A stretch of 64,000 bases of DNA from Mobula birostris (lineage: Eukaryota). The translations under genes were made by a program, and so were the position numbers. The stretch is taken from contig NC_092371.1 of the NCBI RefSeq assembly GCF_030028105.1, positions 63,692,057-63,756,056 of the forward strand, in the 5' to 3' direction. Of this stretch, positions 12,676 through 25,529 are shown one piece after another (position 1 is the first letter of the stretch; every line of letters begins with the position of its first letter). Below the pieces are notes generated by a model. It was not told where the DNA came from, ran no database searches, and saw only the letters and a list, made by a program, of their open reading frames with translations.

Positions 12676-12837
12676 GCAGAAAAAGCTGAATAAACTCAAC
12701 AAGTCAGGCATCATCTGCAGAAAAAAAACCAGTAAACTTTTCAGTTAATTAAAGCTTTGTCAGGCTCTAGAACCTGAAATGTTGCCTGTTTCTCTGGCCA
12801 CAGATACTGCTTGATCTGCTGAGTATTTCCGGTATCT
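12676..12837. mobile_element. Old Penelope-derived fold-back mini-element
   Basis: Arms 'gctgaataaactcaacaagtcaggcatcatctgcag' and 'cacagatactgcttgatctgctgagtatttccggtat' are inverted; central 'aacctgaaatgttgcctg' is a ribozyme-side remnant. Confidence 0.6.
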
Positions 12838-12839
12838 TA

Positions 12840-13985
12840 AGTTCAAATTCAAGTTTAATTATCATTGAACTATGCATGAATATAGCCAAAGAAAACAGTG
12901 TTCCTCAAGGTCTAAGGTTCGAAACAGTACCAACAGTCATATACACAGCACAAGGCACATATAGCGCATATAAGATAAGTAAATATACAGTTACTTTAAA
13001 AATATATTATACATATTATATATATATGTATGTTTGTGTCCCTGAGTAACCTGTCTGTAATTGATGGTGCACGGGTGTTATCAGCAAGAATAAGCAGCTC
13101 TTAGCCGTCTGCAGATGAATGTACACACACATGCAATTCAGTTTGTTATTCTGCCGATCAAGCACTAGTGGGCAGTACCAATGGGAGCACCCAATCCCCA
13201 ACTCAGCATGGATGCTATACAACACCATTTCTGGCGTCTCCTCTCCTGGACTGCTGCAACAGGCAAGCCCGCGGTTTGAGGCCTCATCCTCGCTACATGC
13301 TATTCCCCCCCCCCCCCGCCGTCTGTCTCACCAATATACAAGAGAAATGGACTTGCAGTATTTTAAATTATCAAAGTCCAATTTTTTTATAGGCATCCAT
13401 TAGTCTCGTGAGACCATGGATTTGCACCTTGGAAGGTTTCCAGGGCGCAGGCCTGGGCAAGGTTGTATGGAAGACCGGCAGTTGCCCATGCTGCAAGTTT
13501 CCCCTCTCCATGCCACCGATGTTGTCTAAGGGAAAGGCAACTAGGGCCGATACAGCTTGGCACCGGTGTCGTCGCAGAGCAATGTGTGGTTAAGTGCCTT
13601 GTTCAAGGACACAATACGCTGCCTCAGTTGAGGCTTGAACTAGCGACTTTCAGATCACTAGACCAACGCCTTAACTACTTGGCCACGCGCCAATGTAATG
13701 CCCAATAGTGTCTTGTAATCACAAGAGAAGTTTCCAAGACAATCACTCGCTGCTAGACTGCACACTGCCTTCACGCACCAACTCTGATGCCTTCTTGTAG
13801 TAGGCAGTAACGCCAAGTTCAGCTCCTCCACGGACAAGCAGCTCGCTGATGGGTAGACCCACTGTACCTGAAGCTCCTAGTGTCCAGCATTGGCCTGTGA
13901 TCGTAAAAAAGATGTTTTTAAAAAGAGAAAATTACCTTTTGTTGGCCTCTGAGAGCCTGCTACATCCAAGTGCACAACCACCTTA
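12840..13985 (-). mobile_element. Unclassified retroposon with (TTGAA)-type tail, interrupted by a SINE
   Basis: Starts 'gttcaaattcaagtttaattatcatt' (reverse complement of a LINE-type AATAAA-TTGAA tail); GC-richer body on both sides of the SINE; far boundary uncertain. Confidence 0.4.
13388..13691 (-). mobile_element. tRNA-derived SINE with CORE-like middle domain
   Basis: Minus strand: GGCGCGTGGCCAAGTAGTTAAGGCG (A box) ... AGTTCAAGCC (B box), then GTGTCCTTGAACAAGGCACTTAACC, ending GAGACTAATGGATGCCTATAAAAAAA. Confidence 0.85.
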
Positions 13986-14559
13986 ATGGAAGTAAATTTT
14001 GTTATTTTTCAGTTTTTGGCAGCCTGGAAGCATGTCCCCAAGATGTCTGGCCATGATTTGACCAACAGTAAAAGTGCACCACGTCACATAATTCAACTGT
14101 AAGATTGGACGAACAGACTTGGAAAAGTAATATTGCTGGGAAGTTAAAATGTGTTTGCCTAGGTGCATTAAACAATTGGGAGGTTTCTCTTCAAGGTTGT
14201 ATCATTGTGCCCATATAGAGAAGATGGAGGAAGTATTATAACAGTGAGATCAGGACTGCATTTAGATGAACAGTGGAAGATGAACTCACAGGGGAGAGAT
14301 GCCAGGTTTGTGGGGACTCTCCAGTAACAGAGCACTGGGCTTGATTAAGGATTGAAAATGTAGGAGTCGATACGCAAAGAGTTTACTGTGAGAGTCCATG
14401 GTTGTGGATCATGTTGTTTGGTGGTGTCATTTGCTAGGTGTCAGGGTGTTTTGGTTGGCTTGGCTGCTGTATGATTGTAGGATTAGGTGAAGGGTACTAA
14501 TCTAAAGTAGGCTGGTCTAGTTCCATGGACATTGAAATTTCTTTGAAAAATTCAAGAGA

Positions 14560-14878
14560 AATTATGACAATAGAGCTACCAGAAGGTTGTAAAAACCCAC
14601 CTGATTTATGTTTGCCCTTTAAAGGAAGAAATCTGCCATCATTACGCCAGTTAATCAAGTACTCAAGATTGTTTAATGTCAATTCCAGTACACAAGTGTA
14701 AAGGGTAAAGTGCAAAGGGTAGCCTCCTCCCTGATGACTCCAGATCTATCAATCTGGGTGAATCTTAAATTTTCTCTGAAATGGTCTAATCAGCCACTCA
14801 GTTCAAAGACAGTCAGAGACAGGTAACAAATGTTGTTCTAGCCAGCAGTGTATAGATTCCAAAAAATAAACAAAAAAT
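14560..14878 (+). mobile_element. Old chondrichthyan-type SINE (3' part)
   Basis: aaaaacccacctgatttatgtttgccctttaaaggaagaaatctgccatc...ctctgaaatggtctaatcagccactcagttcaaag...agccagcagtg with A-rich tail; an inverted copy lies at 19675-20012. Confidence 0.6.
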
Positions 14879-15844
14879 GCCCATCTAATTTGTTCAGGAC
14901 AATCCTGAGCTGAAACAATCCAATCTAGTCCCACAATGGATCACTAAAGAGAGCATTTGTTCTGCAGACTGCCACATCCTGACAGACGCTTCTCTCCAGT
15001 AACTTCCTGAACAATCCCAGGTCTCAGATCTAATCAGCAGCTGCCTCTGTATCTCATCTCCCTGCAAGCCTTGTGTTTCGGCTCTGATTGATGTTGCTAA
15101 GGAAGTATGCCCACCCACTTAGTTAGTCAGCAGCAGAATGTGAAAAACCAGGAAGCTTTGCCAAGCTGGTGGGTGACTATTTTTGAGCCTTATGTAAATG
15201 ATATTTTAGATGTAAAATTCAGTAATAATCACTTCAAGTCTTCTGCATCTCTCCAGAATTTTAATATGGCACCTCTTGGTGTCAGTGACCTTGACCAGAT
15301 GATGTAATTTGCATCGCCACTCTGGTTTTGGAACTTTGCAGGAGGACAACGTTTTCTAGGGGTTGCCCATCATTTGGCCATTCTGGGACAGTATATATTA
15401 TACTATGGCATATCTAATGGTAATGTAAATGTCATCTTGCCCTTTGATCAACCATCAACTCTTAATTCCATTGCAATAAAAAATTAATCCCAATCTTCTC
15501 TTAACTGACCACATTCCATTTCATTTATTTTCTCTGTCCACTACCCACAATCGGCATTCCCCCCCCCACCCACTCGCACTCTAAACAAACTACATCCACT
15601 TCTTTATGTTTGATCCCTCACCCCAGACAGTGCCAAGTAGCGCTCCAAAGCCAAACCTGGAAAGGTTTACTAGGAGACACTTTCCTGGGCATGGGGTAAA
15701 TGACTACCCATGTGTGTTATGGCTTGTTGAAATCCTTGTAATATATTTCAGAGATGAGGCACAAGGACAGATTTTAAGAGGAAAATGGGAGTAGAAATAA
15801 CTCAAAAGGAAGCATGGCACAGATGTGAATGATACATTGGTGAC

Positions 15845-16030
15845 ATATTACTGCTGCCACATAACTCCAGGGACCAGGGTTCAATCCTGACCTAGGATAC
15901 TGTCGATGTAGAGTTTGTATGGTCATTTTGTGACCATGTGGACTTCCCTCAGGTGCTCTTCCCCGCCCCCCCACCCACCCATCTACTGTATTCACAAAGA
16001 TGTACTCATTGGTAGATAAATAAGTTACTG
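15845..16030 (+). mobile_element. Decayed V-domain (HE1-like) SINE
   Basis: ctgctgccacataactccagggaccagggttcaatcctgacc...gtagagtttgtatg...catgtggacttccctcaggtgctc. Confidence 0.65.
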
Positions 16031-16034
16031 GCAG

Positions 16035-16718
16035 TGTGGAGGAAGACAGGGACCTTGAGATCCACTCCTCCTTAGATCCCTCAGAGTTGCCGCACAAGTT
16101 GATAGGGTGGTTAAGAAAGCATATGATGTTGGCCTTCATTAGCGGGGGACTGAGTTCAAGAGACACAATGTAATGCTACAGCTCTATAAAACCCTAGTCA
16201 GACCACACTGGGAATACTGTGTTCAGTTCTGATCACCTCATTATAGGGAAGATGTGGAAGCTTCAGGGAGGGTGCAGAAGAGGTTTACCTGGATGAGAGA
16301 GCAGCTTACAAGGATAAGTGAGTGAGCTAGAGCTTTTCTCTTTCAAGTGAGGGAGAATGAGAGGCAATTTAATAGAGCTGTGCAAGATGATAAGAGGCAT
16401 AGATCAATTGAATAGCCAAAGATTTTTTTCCCAGGGCGGTAATGGCTAATGAAAGGGGGCATAATTTTAAGCTGATCGGAGGGATCTCAGAGTTAAGTTT
16501 TTTTTTTACACAGTGTGGGGATACATGGACAGCCCTGCTGGAGGTGGTGATGGAGGCAGGTACATTAGAGTCATTTAAGAAACTCTTAAATAGACACATA
16601 GATGATAGAAAAATGGAGAGCTACGTAGGAGGGAAGGGTTAGATAGATCTTATAGCAGGTTAGGTCGGTGCAATATCATGGGCTGAAGGGTCTGTACTGT
16701 GCTATAATGTTCTATGTT
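16035..16718 (+). mobile_element. CR1 LINE 3' end
   Basis: caagttgatagggtggttaagaaagcatatgatgttggccttcattagcggggg (QVDRVVKKAY..LAFI); tail 'gggctgaagggtctgtactgtgctataatgttctatgtt'. Confidence 0.9.
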
Positions 16719-17964
16719 AACTTTAAAATGTTAACATTGTTAAAGTTGTTTAAAAATGTTACAGCCTTTGTCCTAACCATAAATTAAATCTTAGTTATTC
16801 TGCAAGTTTACAGCTCCAGTCTAGCTTGAATTTATTGCAAATAATTATGGATCAAGTTGTGCGAACAGCTAACCAGCAGCTCTACAGGTATATCCCACAC
16901 CTTCACAGTGTAGAAGTCTTCTTGCTTTACTTCGGTACTCAACAGGTGGACCCTCAACTTTACACCATTTATGGTATTCCTGATGCTGCCATACTAATTT
17001 GAATGGGTTGCTGACCTTAAAAAAAATGGTACAGTTGGTTAAGATTTGGTATGTTCTTTAATATATTCATGTTTTAATTTATGAGCAGTCGTGTCATTGT
17101 TTTAGATGTATTTAAATTTTCAAAGTTCAAAATAAACTTATTATCAAAGTACATGTCTGTATATGAATAAAGGACAGCAGATCAGATCATGTATGATCAG
17201 GCCCAGTGTGCTTGTTGAATAGTTGGCTTATTTTCCTTTTTCTTGCTCAAAAGGACAGGTATTTAACCATGCGGCTCACGTCCATTAGTTGGTGGAAGGA
17301 TATTGTCTGCCTTACTGAAATAGAAATCTCAAAGTAGTCATCAGCTGGTGTGACAACAGCTTATAACCATTCCCTTTCCAGTTGAAGCGAGTAACATATC
17401 ATCTGACAGCTATATTGCTTAAGCCCATGACGACTGAGTAGGTACATCTATTTCAATTGATGAAAATTCATATATTGTTGGAAATGAATATGGTTAATAT
17501 ACAAGCAATGCTGTTGTTGGTAAGTCAAGTTTCCTTAATATTAATTTATTTCAATTTTTATGTTTAACTATGATCTTCTCTCCAGCCACATTGTAGAAAC
17601 CATTTAGTTCAAAAATAAAAGATTCTCTTTCAGACTTTCAGCAGGGTCTGTTTACAATTTCAATTATTGCTTTAAATATAGATTTTGGAAATTGCATTAA
17701 AAATCACTTCAGCTGGTTTGAGGTCCAATATTCCTTCAGGCATTCTTTTGTAAACCCAGAGGATGAAATCCTTCCTCTCAATAATTTTAATGAAGAAAGG
17801 AGTAAATGCAAACAAAGAATTAATTCCTTTCCTCATGCCAAATTGTCATTAGGATAGTTAGAAGTGATTTGCCTTTTGGTTAGCTCTTATTTCATTTGAA
17901 CATTTTATGAGCACTGAAAAAAGAGAAAACGATGGCAAAACAGCTGTAAGATCTCTGTCATTCT

Positions 17965-18445
17965 CTTAAGTACCTCCTGTACCAAATAAAGTGGCCACAG
18001 AGTGTAGGTTTGTGGTCTTCTGCTTCTGTAGCCCATCCGTTTCAATGTTCAAAGGGTTGTGTGTTCAGAGATGTTCTTCTGTCAACACTGTGTAGGTAGT
18101 TATTTGGTATACTGTTGCCTTCCTGTCAGCTTGAACCAGTCTGGCCATTCTACTTGAACCTCTCTTATTAACAAGGCATTTTCACAAACAAAACTGCTGC
18201 TCACTGAATTTTTTTTTGTTTTTTCCTCATCATTTCCTGTAAATGGCACCAACAATCATTCCATGGTCAAAGTCACTTAGATCATATTTCTTCTGCATTC
18301 TCATGTTTGGTCTGAACAACAACTGAACCTCTTGGCCATGTATGTATGCTTTTATGCATTGAATTGCTGCCAAATGATTGGCTGATTAGGTATTTTCATT
18401 CATGAGCAGGTATACAGGTGTACCCAATAAAGTGGCCACTGAGTA
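17965..18445. mobile_element. Tc1/mariner-derived non-autonomous element, copy 1
   Basis: Right TIR 'gtgtacccaataaagtggccactgagta'; body collinear with 20918-21340 plus 22589-22736. Confidence 0.75.
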
Positions 18446-19674
18446 TGTTCAGAATCAAACAGAGAATATTAGGTATGCTCTGAGGTTGTCCTTCTGCCAG
18501 ATTTTGAGGATGAAGCAGTGGGAACATAAGCACAATGTGAGGTTTTTATTTTGAGTAGCCTTGAAAAACTTGTAACTTAGTTGTCTTTACACCTGATAAA
18601 CAACGTGGAATCAGAAAGCCCTAAACATGCCTTCCTGATAGACAAAGCCATTTCAAGTGTGGCAGTAGACAAAACACTCATTGTGTCACAGTCAATCAAG
18701 TGAGAATGCTTGGATAATGCCAGTAAAAGTTTAAATGGGTAACGTGCTATGTCTTCCTGTTCTGCTTTGTGGGTTGGAGGGAAATTCTCTCTTGGTTATT
18801 TTCTGGGCAGTAAATAAATTGAGTAGAATCAATGAACGATTAGGTTATGCATGAAGAGCTAGTCTTTGCTGGATCAACGAAGCTTTCTGCAATCCAAAAT
18901 TTGTGTTTCCTTTTACTTTATATTTCTGGAACTAAATTTTATTAAGATGTAATCTTCAACTGAAAACAAAGAAGCTACAGATAATTGTTGTAAATAAAAC
19001 TGTTGAGGTTTAATTTAAAATTAAGATGAACCTAATGGAAATTGTGCACCATGATTTCTCACTGTGGTAGTATGTGCTGCTAGCAGAGCATACACAAGGA
19101 GGTACACTGAAGCTGCAAATATTCATACCTGCAATTTTACATAGGGTGGTTCTGATGTACGTTTAAGATATTTGGAGTCTATATTATATTGGGTTACTTA
19201 CGTGTAGGTTGATAATTAAACAATGGTGACCTATCATTGAAAATCTGTCTTAAAACTGGGTTTGTGCATTGTGGGAAATCTTTAAGGAACTTGAAGTATA
19301 TTTTCTTGTACTTTGGTTTTGAATTGCACTGCGTTAAGCAGTGACAGTATGACTTGAAAGCATACTTGTTTGAACTGGGATTTGGAATAACACATAAATA
19401 GCATTTGATAAATTGGCACTTTGACGTGTACATTAACAAGATCAACTGTCATTGTGCATTGGCATTATAACTTCTGCCACAGAAGATATGTGTGAAATGT
19501 TTATGCAGTATCTTATTTCTCTCTTGACATGGTTAGTTTTTTTCCTGATCTAGAGATGTTAATTTCATGACAGCATCTCACCCATTACTGGTCACTAATA
19601 TTCGCAGGCCATTAAGTACAAGAGTGTACTGCTGCTCATCCTGTCTTTGCCCAGTATGCATAGACATTTTTATT

Positions 19675-20012
19675 CATTTACAGGTTGTGTATGTCATAGG
19701 CAACACCAACATTTTGTAATTTCCCTGAAGCTACAAAAGTGGTTGAATGTCAATAACACTGGTGAATTTAGAAAGCCACAATGAGAAAGGATGGCAGAGT
19801 TCCTCACCAAAAGAATGTTCACGAGCCAGATTGGTTTTCACAGTGATCGGTCGGTTCATAAGCATTGTTACTGAGATCAGTTATTTTCCCTACTTTGTCT
19901 TATGACTTTACAATTCAAAGCTGCCGTGATGGATCTGAACTCATTTCTCTGGACCATTGGCTGTGGCCCTGGATGAGACTGTGTATATATTAACCACTAA
20001 ACTATGATACTG
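19675..20012 (-). mobile_element. Old tRNA-derived SINE (same family as 14560-14878)
   Basis: ggatggcagagttcctcaccaaaagaatgttcacgagccagattggttttcac is the reverse complement of the family core; tRNA-like head near 19920-20010. Confidence 0.55.
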
Positions 20013-20917
20013 GCTAGCAATAAAGATTTTTTTCTATCCCCTTCCATAGCCCAGAAGAACTGAGGTAATTTATAGCAACTCTGTTATTAACCCATCCTTG
20101 TAGATCATTTACTCATCAATTTATTGGGCAATGTGAAATTTTTCTCCTGAAGAAGGTGATAAATAACGTTCCCTGTGACATCTTTGTAATGAAAGAACCA
20201 GGAAAAGTAGGATGCCCATAGAGCTATCAAAAATCTTTGACCTTCCAGGAAAAATGCCAGAACTACTTTACGAATAGAATCAAATTTATCCATCATCTAT
20301 TATCACACTATTTTTTTTAAAAAAAGAAACTATGAATTTGAAAGTCTCTAGTCCTTCAGAATTCATAATTGATAGCTGTTCTTGAAATAAACCAATATAG
20401 TTCGCTTGCATTGAGAAATTTAATATTTAGTCCAATGTAGGTCTACCATTCTATTTCTGCACTGGAAAAAGCAGCTTTCCTTTAAAGTGAACTCTGTTGC
20501 AGTCTTTCTATTAGTAGTTATGCTAAATCCAGGATAAAATCCATTAATGCTAGTCGAAACAATTGTCTTTCCAAGGCTCTTGCAAGTCCCATCAGTTCTT
20601 CAGTCTTTATTAATATCATTCACTAAGTTATTTTGTTGCCCTTTATAATAAAAACTTAAATTGGAAAATAGCTATCCTTCATATATTATTATTCACTGTT
20701 GTTATCCTTATTGGTACTATTGCATTTTAAATGCATATGAATATTAGAACACTGTTGTATGGAGTGATCTTTGACTCAGATTCTAGTGGGGAACTGAAAG
20801 TAGATCACACTTCATATGATTTGGTAGGAATGGAAGATATGTTAGCCAATAATTCCTATGGATATTAAAGACAGGAGAGATTACCTTTATTTGTTACATG
20901 TACAGTACATCGAAACA

Positions 20918-22736
20918 TACTCTTAGTGGTCACTTTATAAGGTACCTCCTGTACCTAATGAAGTAGCCACTGAGCGTATGTTTGTGGTCTTCTGCTGCTG
21001 TAGCCCATCCACCTCAAGATTTATTGTGTTGTGTGTTCAGAGAGGCACCTCTGCAAACCACTGTTGTATTATGTGTTGTCTGAGTAAGCGTTGACTTGCT
21101 TTCAGCTTAAACAAGTCTGGCCATTCTTCTCTGACCTCTCTCATCAACAAAATGCTTTTGCCCATAAAACTGTCGCTCACAGGATGCATTTTTGTTTTTC
21201 ACACCATCCTCTGTAAACTCTAGACACTGCTGTGTGTGAAAATCCCAAGAGAGCAGCAACTTCTGAGATACTCAACCACCCAGTCTGGCACCAACAATCA
21301 TTCCATAGTCAAAGTTACTTAGATTACATTTCTTCCCCTTTCCCCAAGTGAGGAGCTGAAACTGCTGCAATTTGCCTATCACCACAATAGACCTACAGTG
21401 GATGCAATCTCACTAGCACTCCACTCAACCTTGGATCGCCAGGATAATAGCAATACCTATGTCAGGCTGCTATTTGTTAATTATGGCTCAGCATTCAACA
21501 CCATCATACCCTCAGTACTAATCAAAAAGCTTCAAAACCTGGGCCTCTGTACCTTCCTCTGCAAATGCATCCTTGACCTCCTCATCAGGAGACCATGACT
21601 GCGGATTAGAAATAACATCTTTTCCAAATAAAAACATTTGAAATAGAAATAACATATTTTCCTCGCTGACAATCAACATTGGCGCACCTCAAGGATGCAT
21701 GCTTAGCCCACTGCTCCTCTCTCTACACCCAACAACTGTGTGGATAGGCACAGCTCAAGCACCATCTATAAATTCGCTGATGACACAATTATTGTCGGCA
21801 GAGTTTCAGGTGGTGTTGAGGTGGCATACAGAAGATAAATTAGCTGGTTAAGTGGTGCCACAACAACCACCTTGCACTCAGTGTCATTAAGACCAAGCAA
21901 TTGATTGTGGACCTCAGGAAGTGGAAGTCGAGGGAACACACCAGTCCTCATCAGGGATTGGCAGTGGAAAGAGTAAGCAGTTTCAGGTTCCTGGGTCTAA
22001 AGATTTATCTTGGGCCCAAAATATTGATGCAATTACAAAGAAGGCATGACAGTGGCTTTATTTCATTAGGAGTTTGAGGAGAGTTGGTATGATACCAAAG
22101 ACTCTCACAAATTTCTACAGATGAACTGTGGAGAGCATTCTAACTGGTTGCCTCACTGTCTGGTTTGGAGGGGTGACTTCACAGATCAGAAAAAGCTGCA
22201 GAAAGTTGCAAACTCAGCCAGCTTCATCATGGTTATCAGTCACCTCAGCATCAAGGACATCTTCAAAAAGGTGGCATCCATCATTAAGGACAACTATCAC
22301 CCAGGATGTGCTCTCTTCTCATTGCTACCATTAAGGAGGAGACGTAGGAGCCTGAAGACACATACTCAATGTTTTAGGAACAGTTTCTTCCCCTCCACAG
22401 TCAGATTTCTGAGTAGTCAATGAAACAACCCATGAATACTACCTTAATGTACAGTGTATTTTTTTTCTTTTTATTTTGCTCTCTTTTTATGCTACCGTAA
22501 TTTTAATTATTTTTATGTATTGCAACATACTGCTGTCGCAAAATAACATATTTCACAACCTATGCCTGTGATATTAAAACTGATTCTGCTGTTTGGTCTG
22601 AACAACAACTGAACCTCTTGGCCATGTGTGCATGCTCTTATGCATTGAGGTGCTGCCACATGATTGGCTGATAATATAGATGTTTGCATTAATGAGTAAG
22701 TTTACAAGTGTACCTAATTAAGTGACACTGACTGTA
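20918..22736. mobile_element. Tc1/mariner-derived non-autonomous element, copy 2, split by a LINE
   Basis: Left TIR 'cttagtggtcactttataaggtac', right TIR 'gtacctaattaagtgacactgactgta', TA flanks; the halves rejoin to match copy 1. Confidence 0.8.
21341..22588 (+). mobile_element. Rex1/Babar-clade LINE, 5'-truncated (decayed RT)
   Basis: LQFAYHHNRPTVDAISLALHSTLD..NTYVRLLFVNYGSAFNTIIPS, GAPQGCMLSPLL, YKFADDTIIVG; (ATTCTG) tail at ~22580. Confidence 0.9.
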
Positions 22737-23142
22737 CAGTGAAATGCATTGTTTGCATCAAATCAACCCAAAACTTATGATGCACTGTAACTAAACCAGA
22801 ACACTAACTGGAGAGTTCTAAATTTGGAAATCTTCTCTGAGTTGTCACACTCAGCAAAGTACATCAGTCAAAGTCTGATTGTTCTGATGAGCAGCATTGC
22901 GATAACTGAAATGAATGCAACGTTTGCTCGATACTTGGAGTTCATAGGTTATACTGATGCCTGCTTCCTGCTCAACCAGACGTGAATGAAATTGGCCAAG
23001 GATTCTTTCTATGGAGTTATGCAAGAAAATGGGATCTTCGTGCTTTCCGTCGGGACCTCTGTGCAGGACTCCGAACATTACTGAACTATCTCTCCCAATG
23101 GCACATAAAACAGCTGTGGAAGTGAGGGAAGTGAAGTGAAGT

Positions 23143-23272
23143 CATAGTCAAGGAGGAATACTGCACAGAAACAGGGATTTTGACCCAGCTTGTCCATGTG
23201 GACCAAGGTGGCCATCTAAGTTAGTCCCATTTGCCTGAATTTGGCCATATGCCTTTAAGCCTTTCCTGTCTG
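23143..23272 (-). mobile_element. CR1 3' tail fragment
   Basis: gcacagaaacagggattttgacccagcttgtccatgtggaccaaggtggccatctaagttagtcccatttgcc; reverse-complement similar to 42800-42900. Confidence 0.65.
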
Positions 23273-23460
23273 TTGCTGGGAAGGAAATGATGGTGTGTCT
23301 GGACTTCACCTGATCTGTATTTTGTGAACAAATGACCCCAAGTGACCTCAAGCCACTGTGGGCTGATCAACTGGCCATGATTGTTATGTGCTGGAGACAA
23401 CTGGTTGTGTAGAAGGCACTGATTGGTGTAGGGAGCACTGGGAAACTATGTAGCATTATA

Positions 23461-23590
23461 AATACGAGAGATTCAGCAGGTGCTGAAAATCCAGAGCAAC
23501 GCACACAAAATGCTGGAGGAACCTAGCAGGCCAGGCAGCATCTATGAAGAGAAATAAGCAGTTGACATTTAAGACTGAGACCCTTCATTA
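23461..23590 (-). mobile_element. Penelope-derived short repeat with decayed hammerhead motif
   Basis: gcaggtgctgaaaatccagagcaacgcacacaaaatgctggaggaacctagcaggccaggcagcatctatg...cagttgacatttaagactgagacccttcatta. Confidence 0.8.
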
Positions 23591-24051
23591 CATTATGTCC
23601 CAATAGAAACTAACTAAGCAGAGTGCAGGACAACAATCTGAAACTATCAAGCCTTCAACATTTTATTTTAAGACAGATTGCAATGAATGTTGTGTTTTTC
23701 TCCAAAGATCTTCAATTTCTGTGCAAGTATGTCGTGTGTAATCAATAACATCATTAGTTGTTCAATGGTCAAATCTACTATCAAAGTACAGGTATGTATA
23801 TGTACCATATACTATGTTGATATTTGTTTTCTTACAGTATTTATAGGAAAAAATACAATAGAACTTACGAAAACCTATACATAAACAAAGACTGACAAAC
23901 AACAAATGCGCAAAAGAAGACAAAATAAAAATAATACTGAGAACATGAGTTGTATTGCTGACACTGGATAAACAGCAGCTGCTCTGCAGTAGATCGTGCC
24001 CAGAAGTGCACAGGCTAATTTTCCAACGTTGATAACTGATCCAGAAATCCG

Positions 24052-24352
24052 TGGGGTGGCAGGGTAGCGTAGTGGTAGGCGCAGTCACTCTACAGCACCA
24101 GCAATCACCGGTCGAGGTTTGATTCCTGGTTTTGTGTGTTCTCCCCATGATCATGTGGGTTTCCTCCAGGTGCTCCAGTTTCCTCCCACGTTTCCAAAGG
24201 TTTATTGAGTTGCGGGCATGCTCTGTTGGTGCCAGAAGCGTAGTGCCACTTGCGGGCTGCCCCCAGCATAATCCTCAGACTGTATTGGTCATCGGCGCAA
24301 AATCACACATTTTATTTCAATATACATGTGACAAGTAAAGCTAATCTTTAAT
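24052..24352 (+). mobile_element. tRNA-derived V-domain SINE
   Basis: A box ggtagcgtagtgg, B box ggtttgattcc, V domain gtgggtttcctccaggtgctccagtttcctccca. Confidence 0.85.
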
Positions 24353-25208
24353 CACAGATGTTCACAATGTGGGTAGATATGCACGCAATGGTTTTTATAT
24401 GCCATATGTCAGCAAACAAAAAAAACACACAACTTGATCCAATTTCTCAGCAACAGCAATCTGGGAAAAGACAGAAGAACAAAACAGATTACCAGTTAAT
24501 TTTATTATGTGAGCAGTGTTTTTTTTTCAGAGAGCTGCCTGCATTAGTTGCATCCTGAAGTTCTGTGTAGTGGTGTTGCTATCCTGACTCATTCGTAGAA
24601 GACGACTGTCTAGGCGGCATCTGTGAGCCTGTCCCTTATTTCTAGTGCGTGTTCAGGATAATATGTGCAACACTGATCAAATCCAACAACCTCTTTGTTG
24701 ATGTAAGTAATTGGTAAGTTTAAAGGAAGTGACAATCAGATTTTTTTTCCTTTGTGTCTTTATTGCCCATGTCATTTCGCCCTCCTCCTGGGCTGTCACT
24801 GCCTTGAAGAGGGTGGTTTATTGTTGACCTACAGTTCCACAGTCAATGGAAACTATCTGATAATTTGCCCAAATGTCATATGTGAGCTGACTATAATTTT
24901 CAAACAGCTCTTTAACTCGGAGACTTATTAGAACCATGATCATCCTTTGGCTTCTTGCCATAACATTGTACAACCATTACCCTTCACTTAAGTAAGAAAG
25001 TAACTTAACCATTTATAAATAGTATATTTCTGGCAATTGTTCATGTCCCAGTGAGTATTGCAGGTATGAAAATGTTGTAGATGTATGTATGAATGCATTG
25101 AGCAGTAAATGTAAAGAAACAGGGCACTGTTAAGGACAAGACCCTGAGCAGTGTTGATGAGCAGAGGGATCCTGGGGTCCAAGTTCATAGCACCTTGAAA
25201 GTGGCTGC

Positions 25209-25529
25209 ATAGATAGATACTTTATTAATCCCAAAGGAAATTACAGTGTCACAGCAGTATTACAAGTGCACAGATATAAATATTAGAAGAGAAGTCGAAA
25301 GAATAAAAAATAAGTTACCACAAACAGCCTAACAAGAGGGTGCCATCACCTCCCCAGCTATAGGTTGACTCATTATCGAGCCTAAATGCCAAAGGTAAGA
25401 ATTACCTCATATAATGCTCTTTGGAGCAATGTAGTCATCTTAGTCTATTACTAAAAGTGCTCCTCCGTTCAGCCAAGGTGGCATGCAGATGGTGAGTCAC
25501 ATTGTCCAGAATTGCCTGGATTTTCTGTA
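25209..25529 (-). mobile_element. Rex1-type LINE 3' end inserted in CR1
   Basis: Begins 'atagatagatactttattaatcccaaaggaaatt', compare 37738 'tactttattgatcccgagggaaattt'; (CTAT)n tail; minus strand encodes ILDNVTHHLHATL. Confidence 0.75.

Noticed and set aside
22863-22910. Possible type III hammerhead (tcagtc...CTGATGA-gcagcattgc-GATAACtga)
   Set aside because: GAAA is interrupted (GATAA) and stem I has only about two base pairs; likely chance.
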